Positions 1-12,507 of a stretch of DNA of 64,000 nt are shown here, piece after piece. The position numbers were made by a program, and so were the translations under genes. Below the pieces are notes generated by a model. That model made no database searches and was not told the origin of the DNA. It was given only the letters and a program-made list of their open reading frames with translations. Each line of letters begins with the position of its first letter. Position 1 is the stretch's first letter. The stretch comes from Chiloscyllium plagiosum (lineage: Eukaryota): the NCBI RefSeq assembly GCF_004010195.1, contig NC_057738.1:35074233-35138232 (forward strand), written 5' to 3'.

Positions 1-231
1 GATTCCCCTCTCTGTCTGACATCCTATTGGTTCTTCTATTTGAATTCAAATAGTAAATTGTTTCAGTGCTGAATATTCAAAACAGCCATAGTCAGGGGAT
101 CATCGCAGATGGACAGTTAAAGATTACAGTTTTGATAAAACTGCTTCAGGTGCTGGGTGCTTGTGTTACTAAGATTCTTGGAAATCTCTGGTGCAGGGGG
201 TCAAAAATGGATTTTCTCTCCCCCTTCACAG

Positions 232-270
232 ATCCGTCCCAGTCCCCATCCCACACGATTACAAACAGCA
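232..270 (+). CDS. Possible short phase-1/phase-1 exon (or terminal exon reading to TAA at 306-308) of an unidentified gene
   Basis: Pyrimidine tract ttttctctcccccttcacag ends at 231; donor-like gtgaga at 271; 39 nt, encodes (D)PSQSPSHTITNS. No homology recognised. Confidence 0.25.
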
Positions 271-492
271 GTGAGAAAGACAGTGAAGAAATGAAATCTC
301 TGTTTTAAAAAATACCTTCTTCCATCTGTGGGCTGCTGTTTATTCCTGCTATGCAGCTGCTGTCTTTTTTTAAAAATGTTTTCAAAATTAGTTATCTCTT
401 AAGGAAGAGTTTCTTTTGAAGGCAAATTGAGTTTGAGATCCCTTTTCTTTCATCAAATTTGAAAAACTCAGAGGAGGGGTCGCCGGGCCCGA

Positions 493-829
493 AACACTGT
501 GGCTCAGTGGTTAGCACTGCCGCCTCACAGTGCCAGGGACCTGGGTTCGGACCAGGGTTCAATCCCAGCTTTGAGCGATTGTCTTTGCGGAGTTTGCACA
601 TTCTCCCTGTGTCTGTGTGGGTTTCCTCCAGGTGCTCCGTTTTCCTCCCACGATCCAAAGATGTGCAGGTGAGGTGAATTGGCCATGCTAAATTGCCTAT
701 AGTGTTCTGGGATGTGTGGGTGAGGTGTAAATATAGATAGTAGGAGAATGGGATTGAGTGGGTTACTCTTCGGAGGGTCAGTGTGGACTTGTTGGACCGA
801 AGGGCCTGTTTCCACACTGTAGGGATTCT
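493..829 (+). mobile_element. HE1 SINE (tRNA-derived V-SINE)
   Basis: tRNA-like head tggctcagtggttagcactg, B-box ggttcaatcc, central ggagtttgcacattctccctgtgtctgtgtgggtttcctcc, HER1-like tail gggcctgtttccacactgtagggattct. Confidence 0.92.
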
Positions 830-1163
830 TGAAAACATTAGCACTGATTTCTCTCCGCAGATGCTGCCAAACCTGCTGAGCTTTTCCAGCAATTTCTGTT
901 TTGTTGTTGCAGGTTTCATATGCTTCTAATCATTATTCCATTGTTGATTGCCTGAGTTAAAGGAGAGAAATGCATTTTTAAGTGGGACGGAACAAAAATA
1001 CTATTATTTCTTTTGTGGAGATTATGTATTTGCGGGAATGTGCTTGTTCTAGTTTGTTCTAATTAAGTGTGACTTGGCCATGGCTTCAGTACCTTCCCCA
1101 TCACTGAGACTGTCTATCCTTCCCTCCATAGTCTCAGCTGAGTTTGTTCCTGCCTCTGTACCT

Positions 1164-1697
1164 TGCTGAGAGGATCATTGGGGTCTCTCTTCCCTCCATT
1201 ACAGACATTTACCCCACCCGCTGCATCGGAAAGGCTAAGAGCAGTGTGGACGACCCCACACACCCCTCACTCAAACTCTTCTCCCTCCTGCCATGTGGCA
1301 GAAGATGCAGGAGTATCCGGTCCATCACGGCCAGACTGTGCCACAGTTTCTTCTCCATAGCCATGAGGCTCCTTAATGCTGTTTGATCGGGCGCTATTCC
1401 ATCTGCAATTCTTTGCCCGACTCTTTGAATTGTTGCTAAAGCAATGTTTTATTAATGATCATTCATTGTTACACTGTAATTTGTCCACCACTGTGCCTAT
1501 TGTCTTGTCTTGTCAGGAATTATTGGGCTGCCTTGCGTATTTTGCACTTCTCTGTTCACTTTATGCTGTCCTGGGTATGATTGTACTCTCGTGCAGTTTG
1601 TGCTGTCCATGTAGCACCTTGGTCTGGAGGAACGCTGTCTCCTTTTTATTGTATCAGTTGTAGAAATGACAAATAAAACTACTCTTGACTCTTGACC
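1164..1697 (+). mobile_element. Rex1/Babar-type LINE 3' end
   Basis: AERIIGVSLPSITDIYPTRC...DDPTHPS.KLFSLLP.GRR.RSI...RL..SFF..A.RLLN resembles the Rex/Babar ORF C-terminus; ends aataaa plus (tcttgac)2 tail. Confidence 0.8.
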
Positions 1698-2084
1698 TAC
1701 TCCTGAAACTGTTATTCATGCCTGTTACCTTCTGATTCTCACTATCTCTCGTTCTCCCTTCCTCCCACTCTCTATAACCCCGGTTACATCCATATCAATA
1801 CTTTCTTGTCTGTCCTACTCCCTCTTAGGTTTTTTTTTAACATAATTGTTCATGGGATGTGGGCGTAGGTTAGGTGGCATTTATCGCTCATCCTGACGAG
1901 TTAACCACAATGTGGTTGGTGTGGAATCACATGTAGGTCAAAGCAGCTGAAGAACATCAGTGTTCTGTCCAGTCTGGCAGTTAGACACACCATTGTTCTG
2001 CCCTTCTCACATTTCAGTCACTTAATCTGAACTTTCAGTATTCTTTCTCCCCCAGCATTCNNNNNNNNNNNNNNNNCTTCACGT

Positions 2085-2190
2085 CAGCTCTGATGAAGAG
2101 TCATCTAGACTTAGGCTCCATGGATGGTACCTGTGGTTTCCAGCACTTTTTGTTTTCAGTTCAGATTCTCGCTTCTGCAGTAGTTTGCTC
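2085..2190 (+). mobile_element. Family C short PLE-related element fragment with partial hammerhead core
   Basis: agctCTGATGAagagtcatctagact followed by ttccagcactttttgttttcagttcagattc..ctgcagtagtttgc, shared with copies near 38660. Confidence 0.55.
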
Positions 2191-2299
2191 CTACATTAGT
2201 GAGCCAGGTGGATTTTATGGCAGTCAACAGTGGTTGCAGAAGGGGGTCACTTTTTTATTTGAGATTTATTTTTATTGCACCCAACATGTACCATCTACC

Positions 2300-2740
2300 A
2301 TGTCCTGCTCCTACATTAGCTCCTGATCTCTTACTTAGCCTTGTGTTTGAATCATTCCTTGGCCTCACTCTGCCCATCTCATAATCTCTTCCAGCCCTGC
2401 AAATCCCGAACTCTATGTTCCGTGAACTGTGTGGTTTTGTGCATCTCTGCTCCTTCTATTCGGTTGTTACTCGTTGTCCAGGCTCTGAAATTTCCACTTT
2501 GAACCTCAAGCCTTTTAAGTATCCTTTTTAAAACCTTCCCAAACTTCAGAGGGTTGGTGTGGATTCAATGGGCTGAATATCCTGCTTCCACACTGTAAGG
2601 ATTCTATGAATCTTCATGTCTCTTTATGCAAACTTTCTTTGAGTCATTCCCTCTAATATTTCATTCTTTGGCTCCATGTCAATTCCTTGTGCAGGACCTT
2701 TGGAATGTTTCCCTTTCTTCTACCAATTCCAAGTTGTTGT
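2300..2740 (+). mobile_element. Degenerate L2-type LINE 3' region, interrupted by an HE1 tail fragment (about 2545-2608)
   Basis: ccttggcctcactctgcccatctcataatctcttccagccc...; complementary to the L2-type ends at 15877 and 49067. Confidence 0.5.
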
Positions 2741-2856
2741 TGGAAGGGTTTACTGCAGAGGAACAAGATGGATTTGGAAGATTACAATCACCTTCTAGCA
2801 TTTAGCAAATTGCAAATGAATGAAATCAAATGTATGCTTTTTACTTCTGGAATAGG

Positions 2857-3195
2857 TCAGTGGTTAGCACTGCTGCCTCACAGTGCCAGGGACCCGGGTT
2901 CAGTTCCACCCTCGGGCGACTGTGTGTGGAGTTTGCACATTCTCCCCGTGTCTGTGTGGGCTTCCTCCGGTGCTCCAGTTTCCTCCCACAGTCCAAAGAT
3001 GTGCAGGTTAGGGTGGATTGGCCATGCTAAGTTGTCCCATCGTGTCCAGGGATGTGCAGGTTAGGTGGATTGGCCATGGGAAATGCAGGGTTACAGGGAT
3101 ATGGTAGGAGTGGGTCTGAGTGAGATGCTCTTCAGAGGGTCAGTGTGGACTTGATGGGCCGGATGGCCTGCTTCCACACTATAGGGGTTCTATGA
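2857..3195 (+). mobile_element. HE1 SINE
   Basis: cagtggttagcactgctgcctcacagtgccagggacccgggttc ... ggcctgcttccacactataggggttctatga. Confidence 0.92.
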
Positions 3196-3228
3196 ATGTA
3201 GTGACAAGAAAGATATGTCAAGGAGTTT

Positions 3229-3546
3229 AGAATCATAGGATCCTTACAGTGCAAAAACAAGCTATACCCCTGCATGGAATCTACACGGACCCTCCGAAGA
3301 GCATCCCACCCAAACCCATCCCTCTACCCCTGCATTTCCCATGGCCAATGCACCTAGCCTACACATCCCTGGACACTGTGGAACAATTTCCTATGGCCAA
3401 TCAACCCTAACCTGTACATCCTCAGACTGTGGGAGGAAACCCATGCAGACACAGGGAGAATGTGCAAACTCCACGCAGACAGTTGCCCGAGGCTGGAATC
3501 GAACCCGGGTCCCAGGTGCTGTGAGGCAGCAACGCTAACTACTGAG
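3229..3546 (-). mobile_element. HE1 SINE
   Basis: Reverse complement of HE1, tail-to-tail with the previous copy. Confidence 0.9.
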
Positions 3547-3755
3547 CAACTGGACCGTACACTTGTAACTTGAACGATGAGGGTTACTGTGCTTGTTTGC
3601 ATGTAGAATGTAGAGGAATATCATACCATGATTCTGGTCTTTATGTTTAGAGGTTGCAATACTTTAAGGCTTTTCAAATATCCTGCATGTTTACTTAGCT
3701 TTAGATCTAAGTTATGAATTATAAAAAGCTAATATCAAATGGCAGCAGGTACAAC

Positions 3756-4330
3756 GGAAGGAGAATGGAATGTTGGCCTTTGTTTCAAAAGGAATGGAAT
3801 ATAAAAATAAGGAGGTTTTGTGAAAACTATGCAAGGCACTGGTCAGGCCACACCTGGAATACTGTAAACAGTTTTGGTCTCCTTATCTGAGGAAAGATAT
3901 ACTGGCACTGGAGGCTGTCCAGGAATGATTCAGTCGATCAATCCTGGGTATGGAGGAGAGTTTGGGTTTTTTCTTATTGGAGTTTGGAAGAATGAGAGGA
4001 GACCTTGTTGATACATATATATTTTAGGGGTTTGACAGGGCTGTTTCCCTTAATGGGGGTATCTAGGACTCGAGAGCGTCATCTCCGAATAATTGGTTGC
4101 AAATTTAAAGCAGAGGTGAGGAATTTCTTCTCTCCAAAGTAGTGTATCTTTGGAATTTTTTACCATAGAGAGACAGAGACTAGGGTCATTAAGTGCACTC
4201 AAGGCTGAGATAGATATTTTAATCAGGAAGTGAATCAAGAGGTAAACAGACAAGACAGGAAGGTTAGCGACTATCAGACATGCCATAATCTCAATGGTTG
4301 GCAGAGTAGACTGGATGAGACTAATTCTGA
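3756..4330 (+). mobile_element. HER1/CR1 LINE 3' fragment
   Basis: Encodes NGMLAF...[23 protein letters not shown] with stops; RGDL motif; CR1 3' UTR. Confidence 0.85.
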
Positions 4331-4486
4331 TCTCATGTCCTCATGGTCTTTTGGTTTTAGGCCCCAGTAGGTTTATTTGTAATGTTATGCAGCTGTAACG
4401 AACATGCCTAAGGCACTACGCTGGAAGGTGTTGCTTGAGTGATGTTTTCAGTTCATCATCTGAAGTTGTGTTTTAGTTCCTGGGCT

Positions 4487-4770
4487 GTGAGCATTGCTGA
4501 CCTGCCCAGGATTTGTTGTCTGTCTGTAATTACCCTTGAACAGAGTGGCGGTAAACATTCCGCCATATTGTGGTGAGTTTGGAGTCACGTGTAGGTCAGA
4601 TCGGGTAAGGAGTGTGGATTTTCTTTGCTAAAGGACGTCGGTGAGCGAGATGGTGTTTTATATTAATTGCTGGTTGCCATGGTTCATCAATGAGGTGAGC
4701 TTCGTATTCCTGATTTAATAAACGAATTTAAATTCTGCCAGCTGCTACGAAGGGATTTGAACCCAGAATC
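4487..4770 (-). mobile_element. SINE family X (unassigned tRNA-type SINE)
   Basis: ggagtcacgtgtaggtcagatcgggtaagg core, recurring at 1848, 22190, 44495, 46905, 58095 and 63525. Confidence 0.65.
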
Positions 4771-4774
4771 CTAC

Positions 4775-5240
4775 AGTACACAGGAGGCTGTTAGGCCCAT
4801 TGAGCCTACACTGCCAAAAGTATACTGCTCCCTGCACTGCCCCACATTCCGCACTCCAACCATAGCCTTGAATGTTGTGACATTTCTCAAGTCCAGGTCC
4901 TTTTTTAAGGATGGGAGGTTTCCTTCCTCAACTACCACCCTAGGCCCCCAGACCCACACCAGCCTCGAGGTGAAAATGTTTTTCCTCAAGTTCCCTCTAA
5001 ACCTCCTGCCTTTCACCTTAAAATTGAGCGCCTTTGTTACGGACCCTTCAACCAAGGGGGTCAGCCTCTTTCTATCCACCCTGTCCATACCCTCTTGATC
5101 TTGGACACTTCTATCAGATTCCCCTCCTCTCCCCTTAACCTTCTCTGTTCCAAAGAAAATAACTCGAGCTTCTAATCATAGCTGTCACACTCCATCCCAC
5201 CAACATCCTGGTGAATCTCCTCTGCACTCCCTCCAGTGCA
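4775..5240 (-). mobile_element. HER1/CR1 LINE 3' fragment
   Basis: MDRVDRKRL.PLVEGSVT...FKVKGRRFRGNLRKNIF matches CR1 ORF2 C-terminus. Confidence 0.85.
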
Positions 5241-5510
5241 ATCTCACATCCCGAGAGCATTAACCAGATTACTAGTTCAGTGGTGTTACCACGATGCCAC
5301 CAATACTCTTAATATACCGCTAAAAAGGTTGATACAGCCGCAAGGTTCTTTGAACAGTATACCTGACTTTGGGAGGGCTCAATCTGTAATTCTTTCACTG
5401 GACATGTGGCCAGAGCGTTTTCACCCACTCACCACTGTGTCAGTTTGAAATTCTAAAGTTAGTGTTTGTAAGTGAAATTAAGTGTGGGTTGTTGATGAAC
5501 CCTCCCCTCA

Positions 5511-5650
5511 AACACACACACACACCTCTCTCTCTCTCTCTCTCTCTCTCATTCACTCACTCACTCTCTCTCACACACACACACCCCTGTCTCTCTCTTT
5601 GTCTCTCTCATGTTCACAATCATGCACTTGTGCACACTCTGATGCACACA
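5511..5650. repeat. Compound (CA)n/(CT)n microsatellite abutting a gap
   Basis: Direct reading. Confidence 0.9.
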
Positions 5651-6423
5651 NNNNNNNNNNNNNNNNNNNNNNNNNNNNNNNNNNNNNNNNNNNNNNNNNN
5701 NNNNNNNNNNNNNNNNNNNNNNNNNNNNNNNNNNNNNNNNNNNNNNNNNNNNNNNNNNNNNNNNNNNNNNNNNNNNNNNNNACGTTGCTTCCTGTAGAAC
5801 AGTAAGGGACTGGGGGTGGCAGGGAGAGCCTTTTGCGTTGCGAGGATGTGGTGATGATGGCCGTTTCTGAACTTGTCGACAGATTGCAGTCTAAATGTCT
5901 GAACGGCCTGGTTGATGAATGGCAGGAAGGAATTGGATCCTGAGAGTGACGGGGGAAACCTTTTTCTTTTCTTCGATCTCCTGGACTTGCTGCCTCAGTG
6001 ATTAGATTGTTCCATTGTGTTCAGTGCTAGTTTTTGACATATTCTATGTGCGCGTGTGTAAGGCCAATATGAATTCTTATTCCGGTTAAGAGTAACGCTC
6101 TGAAAGGTTTATCAAAACCTCCTTTCTCACTCTGACAGTGGATTTTTCCATTTTCGTCAACTCGATACAAACTTTGGCACTTATTGCAGTTGCAGGAATC
6201 CCACAGCACACTGGTGTTTCCAAAATCATTCATGTTGCCAATATAACTCTCACCGTTCGATAGATAATTTTCCATAAAACACCGTTCCGTTGTACACAAA
6301 CATTTTCTTTTTTTTGTAGTTAACACATTAGCAATCAAGTCTTATTGTATTTTTGTTTTGCAAACCTGAGGTCATTGGGGACGTACATAATCTGATGTAA
6401 ATTGGTGTATACCTGCTTTCTTT

Positions 6424-6598
6424 GTTAAAAATCACGCAGCACCAGGTTATAGTCCAACAGATTTATTTGGAGGCACGAGCTTTTGGAGCACTGCTCTGAA
6501 AGCTGGTGCTTCTAAACAAACCTTTTGGACTATAACCTGGTGTTGTGTGATTTTTAACTTTGTCCACCCCAGTCCAACACTGGCTGCTCCACAACATA
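6424..6598 (+). mobile_element. Family B fold-back PLE-related element (centre deleted)
   Basis: Inverted arms gttaaaaatcac..accaggttatagtccaa / ttggactataacctggtgttgtgtgatttttaac; tail ccccagtccaacac; flanking ctttcttt at 6416-6423 and 6599-6606. Confidence 0.8.
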
Positions 6599-6734
6599 CT
6601 TTCTTTATATGTTTTGTAACTTCTTAGTAAGGTGATATCTATGTGTGTGCAAATGGCTTTCTTTAGGTGCTCAAAGTCTTTTGTAATTTCCTGACAGCCC
6701 AATAAATATTTTTAGGATTAAATTAGGTACGCAG

Positions 6735-7046
6735 CATAGGTACAGTGAGGAAACAGGCCCTTCAGCCCAGTAAGTCCACACCAACCCACCCAGACCCACT
6801 CCACTACTATCCTATATTTACCCCTGGCGAATGCACCTAACCAAGCATCCCTGAACACTCTGGGCAATTTAGCCAATTCACCTAACCTGCACTTTGTGCT
6901 AGCAAACTGGGGCACGCAGAGGAAACCCATACAGACACGGTGAGCAAGTACAAACTCGACACAGACAGTTGCCCAAGGCTGGAATCAAACCTGGGTCCCT
7001 GGTGCTGTGAGGCAGCAGTGCTAACCACTGAGCCACCGTACCACCC
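6735..7046 (-). mobile_element. HE1 SINE
   Basis: Reverse complement HE1 ending gcagtgctaaccactgagccaccgtaccaccc. Confidence 0.9.
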
Positions 7047-7246
7047 TGAAACAGGGTATTCAGCCCAACCAGACTATATTGGCAATCATACTCCTCTTAA
7101 ACTATCTCCCATCGTGACCATCAATACCCTTCTTCCTTATTTGTTTGTCTGGTTTCCCCCAAAATGTATCTCTTTATTTGCTTCAGGCACTGTGTGGGAG
7201 CGGTTTCCATATTCTCCCATGTGTCATAGTCTGAAATTACACTTAC

Positions 7247-7590
7247 ACGGAAACGTCGAAACTAGGAGCAGGAGGAGGCCATTCGGCCCTTTTGAGCCTG
7301 TTCCACCATTCAACATGATCATGGCTGACCATCCAACTCAGTCCCCTGTTCCCACTTTCTCCCCACACTCTTTAATCCCTTTAGCCCCAAGAATGATATC
7401 TAACTCCTTCTTGAAAAAACTCAATGTTTTTGACCTCAGCTGCTTTCTGTGGCAGAGAATTCCACAGGCTCATTGCTCTCTTGGCAAAGACATGTCTCCT
7501 CAGCCCTGTCCTGAAGGGCCTATCCCGTATCCCTAGACTGTATGACCACTAGCCCTGGACTCCTTATTAATAGGGAACATTCTCCCTGCT
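7247..7590 (-). mobile_element. HER1/CR1 LINE 3' fragment
   Basis: aggagcaggaggaggccattcggccc..ccaccattcaacatgatcatggctga is the reverse CR1 3' UTR; agaattccacag is the reverse LWNSL motif. Confidence 0.82.
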
Positions 7591-8507
7591 TTCAACTCAC
7601 TTTTGAGGTGGAAGACTAGGATTTAGGCATTTTAGTTGGGAATTCCAATGACCATGTTTAAGGCTGAGATTTTTCATAAGTAAGACTCGATGGGCTGAAT
7701 GGCTTACTTCTGTTTCCGTGACTCATGGGCTATTATGACCTCGGTTTCCCTCACTATCCCCACATCCCTTCATTCCCCAAGTACCTGAGAATTTGAGTTG
7801 AGTTGCCTTGACGACTGACCTAACCTTTAGCCCAAAACTTGAGTCTGCTCTGTGACTACTTGAGTTTTGTATGAAAATAGCAAACTGAAGCGATGGCTGG
7901 TGTACCAGAAGGTTATCAGCTGGTCCTAGCTCTGTTTTCTCTTTCACCTTTTTGTGTTTCGTCCCTCACCACCCCTCCCCACGCCACCCTGCTATCAGTT
8001 GCGGTGCTGCAGTCTCTCCCTCTTAGTAACCCCAAGGCTTACCACACTGAGTAACTCCCAGAATTTATTTATCACTCCACAAGGGTCAATGCACTCCCAA
8101 AATGATAATGTTAAAGGAATTTCTGGTTAATACAAAATCCTTTGTGTTGTCAAGGTAACTTGCTGCTGCAGGAACCACTGAACAACTAAGTTCCATCACC
8201 GACCTTCCCAGTGTTTCCCTGCTCTGTAATTCAAGTCCCCACACACGGTAGTGAGCAGGTGGGTCTGTTTTACTGGATGCTGGAGGTGGATGGACCATTT
8301 GCCCCCTTCCTTTCTTCGAAATAGAAATATTTTGCATCTGCTTGAGAGTGCTAACAAGGTTTCATCTTTAATCTCTGATTGGAGGGGCGTAGAAAATAGG
8401 GGTAGCAGTGCTCGCCATTTAATATCATCGTGACTGATCATCTGACTCAGTGCCATATTCCCACTTTGATCCCTTTAAGAACTGTATCTAACCCCTTCTT
8501 GAAAGCA

Positions 8508-9131
8508 TTAACTTTTATTGGTTAGTGCATTGAATATAGGAGTTAGGAGGTCATGTTGCAGCTGTACAGGATATTGGTTAGGCCGCTTTTGGAATCTTGT
8601 GTGCACTTCTGGTCTCCTTCCTTTTGGAAGGATATTGTAAAACTTGACAGGGTTCATAGAAGATTTACAAGGATGTTGCCAGGATTGGAGGATTTGAGCT
8701 ATAGGGAGAGGCTGAATAGCCAGGGGCTGTTTTCCCTGGAGTGTTGGAGGCTGAGGGGTGACCTTATAGAGGTTTACAAAATCATGAGGGGGATGGATAG
8801 GGTAAATAGAAAAAGTCTTTTCCCTGGGGTGGGAAAGTCCAGAACTAGAGGGCACAGGTTTAGAGTGAGAGGTTAAAGATACAAAAGGAACCCAAGGGGA
8901 AACGTTTTCATGCAGAGGGTGGTGTGTGTATGGAATGAGCTGCCAGTGGAAATGTTGGAGGCTGGTACAATTACAGTATTTAAAAGGAATCTGGATGGGT
9001 ATATGAATAGGAAGAGTTTAGAGGGATAGGGCCAAGAGCTAGCAAATGGGGCTAGATTACGTTAGGATATCTGGTCAGCATGGACGAGTTGGACCGAAGG
9101 GTTTGTTTCTGTGTTGTACATCTCTATGACT
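8508..9131 (+). mobile_element. HER1/CR1 LINE 3' fragment, well preserved
   Basis: LYRILVRPLLESCVHFWSP..KDIVKLDRVHRRFTRMLPGLEDLSYRERL...RLRGDLIEVYKIMRGMDRV..RTRGH; tail tctctatgac. Confidence 0.93.
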
Positions 9132-9957
9132 GTAATTGCTTTGGTCTCAGCCGCTGACTGTGGCAGAGAATACCAGACATTTGAAACAGCACCTTTGACA
9201 GTGCAGCACCGTCTTCAGTACTGCGTGCGGATCTCTCAGCCTGAGTTGGTGTGTGCGAGTTGCTGGGCATTTGGTGGCACTGTTTTCTGGTTGATGGGTG
9301 AGGATGGACCCTGCCAGTGTGATGATGATAGGTCATTGAAACCAGGTGGTGTGACCTGATTCTGTGGCAGTGCTGGGAGATCAGGACATGCTCACACATT
9401 AACCACAAAGAATCCTTTATTAAAAATGTCACCTTACTACAGTTGGGGGTATTTTCCTAATGCCAGGAATATGTCCTTTTTTAAAACTTTTTGAAACGTA
9501 ATGCAGGTTGCAGTATATTTGGGGGAATAAAATCATATTGCACGAGCCATTCTGAAGTTCACGCTATCTCAGGGGCAGCCTGTACCCCCTCTCTGTGAGA
9601 GTGTGCACTTTAACGAGCTTGTTGTAATCCAGAGAGGCTTCCACTTTCTTTCCATCTCCTTGCAGACCAGAAATCTCTTCTGCTCTTACTCCCGGCCATT
9701 GGTGTGTGTTTTGGGAGGATTTACAGGTTGATGTGTGACCATCATGTCAACACTCCTTCCTTGGCCATCAGGTCCTGGACTGGGACTCGAACCTGGGATC
9801 TCTGGCTCAGAGACAGGGACACTACTGTTGTGTCACAATGCCTACATGTCTATTAACGACAACTGGGATTTGTATAGTGCATATTTGCAAGGCAGTTCAT
9901 GGGAATCATTTTACACAGAGCCACATGAGTAAACATAGAAGCCAGTGATCGAGGGAG

Positions 9958-10125
9958 GTTGGTTAGCTGAGCTGGCTGGGCAGCGATACCGACAGCGTGG
10001 GTTTGATTCACCAAACCAGCTGAGGTCATCATATACACCTCTCGTCTGAAATGTGTTGACTCTCTGGTGAAACAACCACCTGTCATCTCCCTCCAAAGAG
10101 CGAGCAGCTCTCTGGGACTATGGTA
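9958..10125 (+). mobile_element. tRNA-derived SINE family Z (degenerate)
   Basis: ggttagctgagctggctgg..acagcgtgggtttgattc..gctgagg..ctctgggactatgg, homologous to 50813-51030. Confidence 0.6.
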
Positions 10126-10230
10126 TTTGGTGTAGGGTGTTTTTCAGGCACATAGCTACCAAATGTGGAGCAATGAAATTTGGGGGTGCAGAAGAGCCTA
10201 GAATTGGGTTGATTTGTCTCAGTTAATGGG

Positions 10231-11581
10231 TACCTTACTCTGAACAACTTTTCTTTCCAATCCTCCCACTTCCTCCAAACCAAAGAAGTAGCCATGGGCA
10301 CCCGCATGGGCCCCAGCTATGCCTGCCTCTTCGTAGGATATGTGGAACAGTCCACCTTCCGCAGCTACACTGGCACCACCACCCACCTTTTCCTCCACTA
10401 CATCGATGACTGTATTGGCGCTGCCTCGTGCTCCCACGAGGAGGTTGAACAGTTCATCCACTTTACNNNNNNNNNNNNNNNNNNNNNNNNNNNNNNNNNN
10501 NNNNNNNNNNNNNNNNNNNNNNNNNNNNNNNNNNNNNNNNNNNNNNNNNNNNNNNNNNNNNNNNNNNNNNNNNNNNNNNNNNNNNNNNNNNNNNNNNNNN
10601 NNNNNNNNNNNNNNNNNNNNNNNNNNNNNNNNNNNNNNNNNNNNNNNNNNNNNNNNNNNNNNNNNNNNNNNNNNNNNNNNNNNNNNNNNNNNNNNNNNNN
10701 NNNNNNNNNNNNNNNNNNNNNNNNNNNNNNNNNNNNNNNNNNNNNNNNNNNNNNNNNNNNNNNNNNNNNNNNNNNNNNNNNNNNNNNNNNNNNNNNNNNN
10801 NNNNNNNNNNNNNNNNNNNNNNNNNNNNNNNNNNNNNNNNNNNNNNNNNNNNNNNNNNNNNNNNNNNNNNNNNNNNNNNNNNNNNNNNNNNNNNNNNNNN
10901 NNNNNNNNNNNNNNNNNNNNNNNNNNNNNNNNNNNNNNNNNNNNNNNNNNNNNNNNNNNNNNNNNNNNNNNNNNNNNNNNNNNNNNNNNNNNNNNNNNNN
11001 NNNNNNNNNNNNNNNNNNNNNNNNNNNNNNNNNNNNNNNNNNNNNNNNNNNNNNNNNNNNNNNNNNNNNNNNNNNNNNNNNNNNNNNNNNNNNNNNNNNN
11101 NNNNNNNNNNNNNNNNNNNNNNNNNNNNNNNNNNNNNNNNNNNNNNNNNNNNNNNNNNNNNNNNNNNNNNNNNNNNNNNNNNNNNNNNNNNNNNNNNNNN
11201 NNNNNNNNNNNNNNNNNNNNNNNNNNNNNNNNNNNNNNNNNNNNNNNNNNNNNNNNNNNNNNNNNNNNNNNNNNNNNNNNNNNNNNNNNNNNNNNNNNNN
11301 NNNNNNNNNNNNNNNNNNNNNNNNNAACCTGCAATCCTCTCCCTGACCTCCCCGCCCCCACCCCCACTCCGGCCTATCACCCTCACCTTGACCTCCTTCC
11401 ACCTATCACATTTTCAACGCCCCTCCCCCAAGTCCCTCCTCCCTACCTTTTATCTTAGCCTGCTGGGCACACTTTCCTCATTCCTGAAGAAGGGCTCATT
11501 CCTGAAACGTTGATTCTCCTGCTCCTGGGTTGCTGCCTGACCTGCTGCGCTTTTCCAGCAACACATTTTCAGCTACCTTAC
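10231..11581 (+). mobile_element. 5'-truncated Penelope-like element (RT fragment, gap, 3' terminal repeat with hammerhead-like motif)
   Basis: LTLNNFSF..HFLQTKEVAMGTRMGPSYACLFVGYVEQ...LFLHYIDDCIG is a PLE-type RT. After the gap the sequence ends in CTGAAGAagggc..GAAACGTT (11484-11511) and the family A terminus. taccttac occurs at 10231-10238 and 11574-11581. Continuity across the gap is inferred. Confidence 0.85.
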
Positions 11582-11853
11582 AACAGTTACAACAATGGCC
11601 AATCACAAAGCTGGGATGGAATTTGCCAAGTCCTTTCCACTGGTTAGACCTTCTGACTATGTATGTGACTCACTTGCTGGCGGGGGCGGGGGCAAGACAA
11701 AGTTGGAAAAGTTAGTATTGTTCTTGTGAAATTGGACATGCTGTTATAACTAATTCCCAAAATAGGATTCTTCTCCACGTGTGACGTTTCTGAAGGAGAA
11801 TGAGCTCTTTTCTGATGAACAACATGCATTGCTCGAGGAGGTGTCATTATCAG

Positions 11854-12125
11854 TAGAGTCATAGAGATGTACAGCACGGAAACAGACCCTTCGGTCCAAC
11901 TTGTCCATGCCAACCAGATATCCCAACCTAATCTAGTCCCATTTGTCAGCACTTGGCCCATATCCCTCCAAACCCTTCCTATTTATATACCCATTCAGAT
12001 GCCTTTTAAATGCTATCATTGTACCGGCCACCGCCACTTCCTCTGGCAACTCATTCCATACACACACCACCCTCTGCGTGATAAAGTTGCCTCTTAGATA
12101 CCTTTTAAAATTTTCCCCTCTCACG
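11854..12125 (-). mobile_element. HER1/CR1 LINE 3' end
   Basis: Reverse complement of the 8870-9131 region; RGNFITQRVVCVWNELPEEV. Confidence 0.92.
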
Positions 12126-12507
12126 CTGAATGTATTATCCAAGCAGGGCTTTGCTACTGGAAGGAAGGCCGTAGTGACATTAGTTGTCGTTGCCATTGAA
12201 TTAAACCGTTGAGTCTGCAAGCAGAGTGGTGGTGACGTTGTGTATTCACCCGAGAACTGAGACAGTCTTCGCAAGTGAGCACTATCCAGTGGCTCGGTAC
12301 CTTGTCAGTTCAGTTGTAGACCCTCTGAATTAATACAGTTGTTCACAGAGGGGCATGAGGAGGGGCTGGTGAGGCAGGGTTGCTGAAACCCTGGGAAACC
12401 CTGCACAAAGCAGAGGGAGAGGGCAAAGAGAGGGAGGAGGGTCGGGGGGTGGAGTGCGGAAACAACAAGGGTCAAGTGAGAGGGAGGGCAGAGGGAGGGG
12501 GTATGCA

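Noticed and set aside
392-919. Recurring ORFs with SVVSTAASQ / PEHPEETH / CEAAVLTT peptides throughout the window
   Set aside because: Translations of HE1 SINE copies, not a protein family.
6027-6338. Cys-containing 103-aa minus-strand ORF in unique DNA
   Set aside because: No recognisable domain, non-ATG start and no convincing splice pair.
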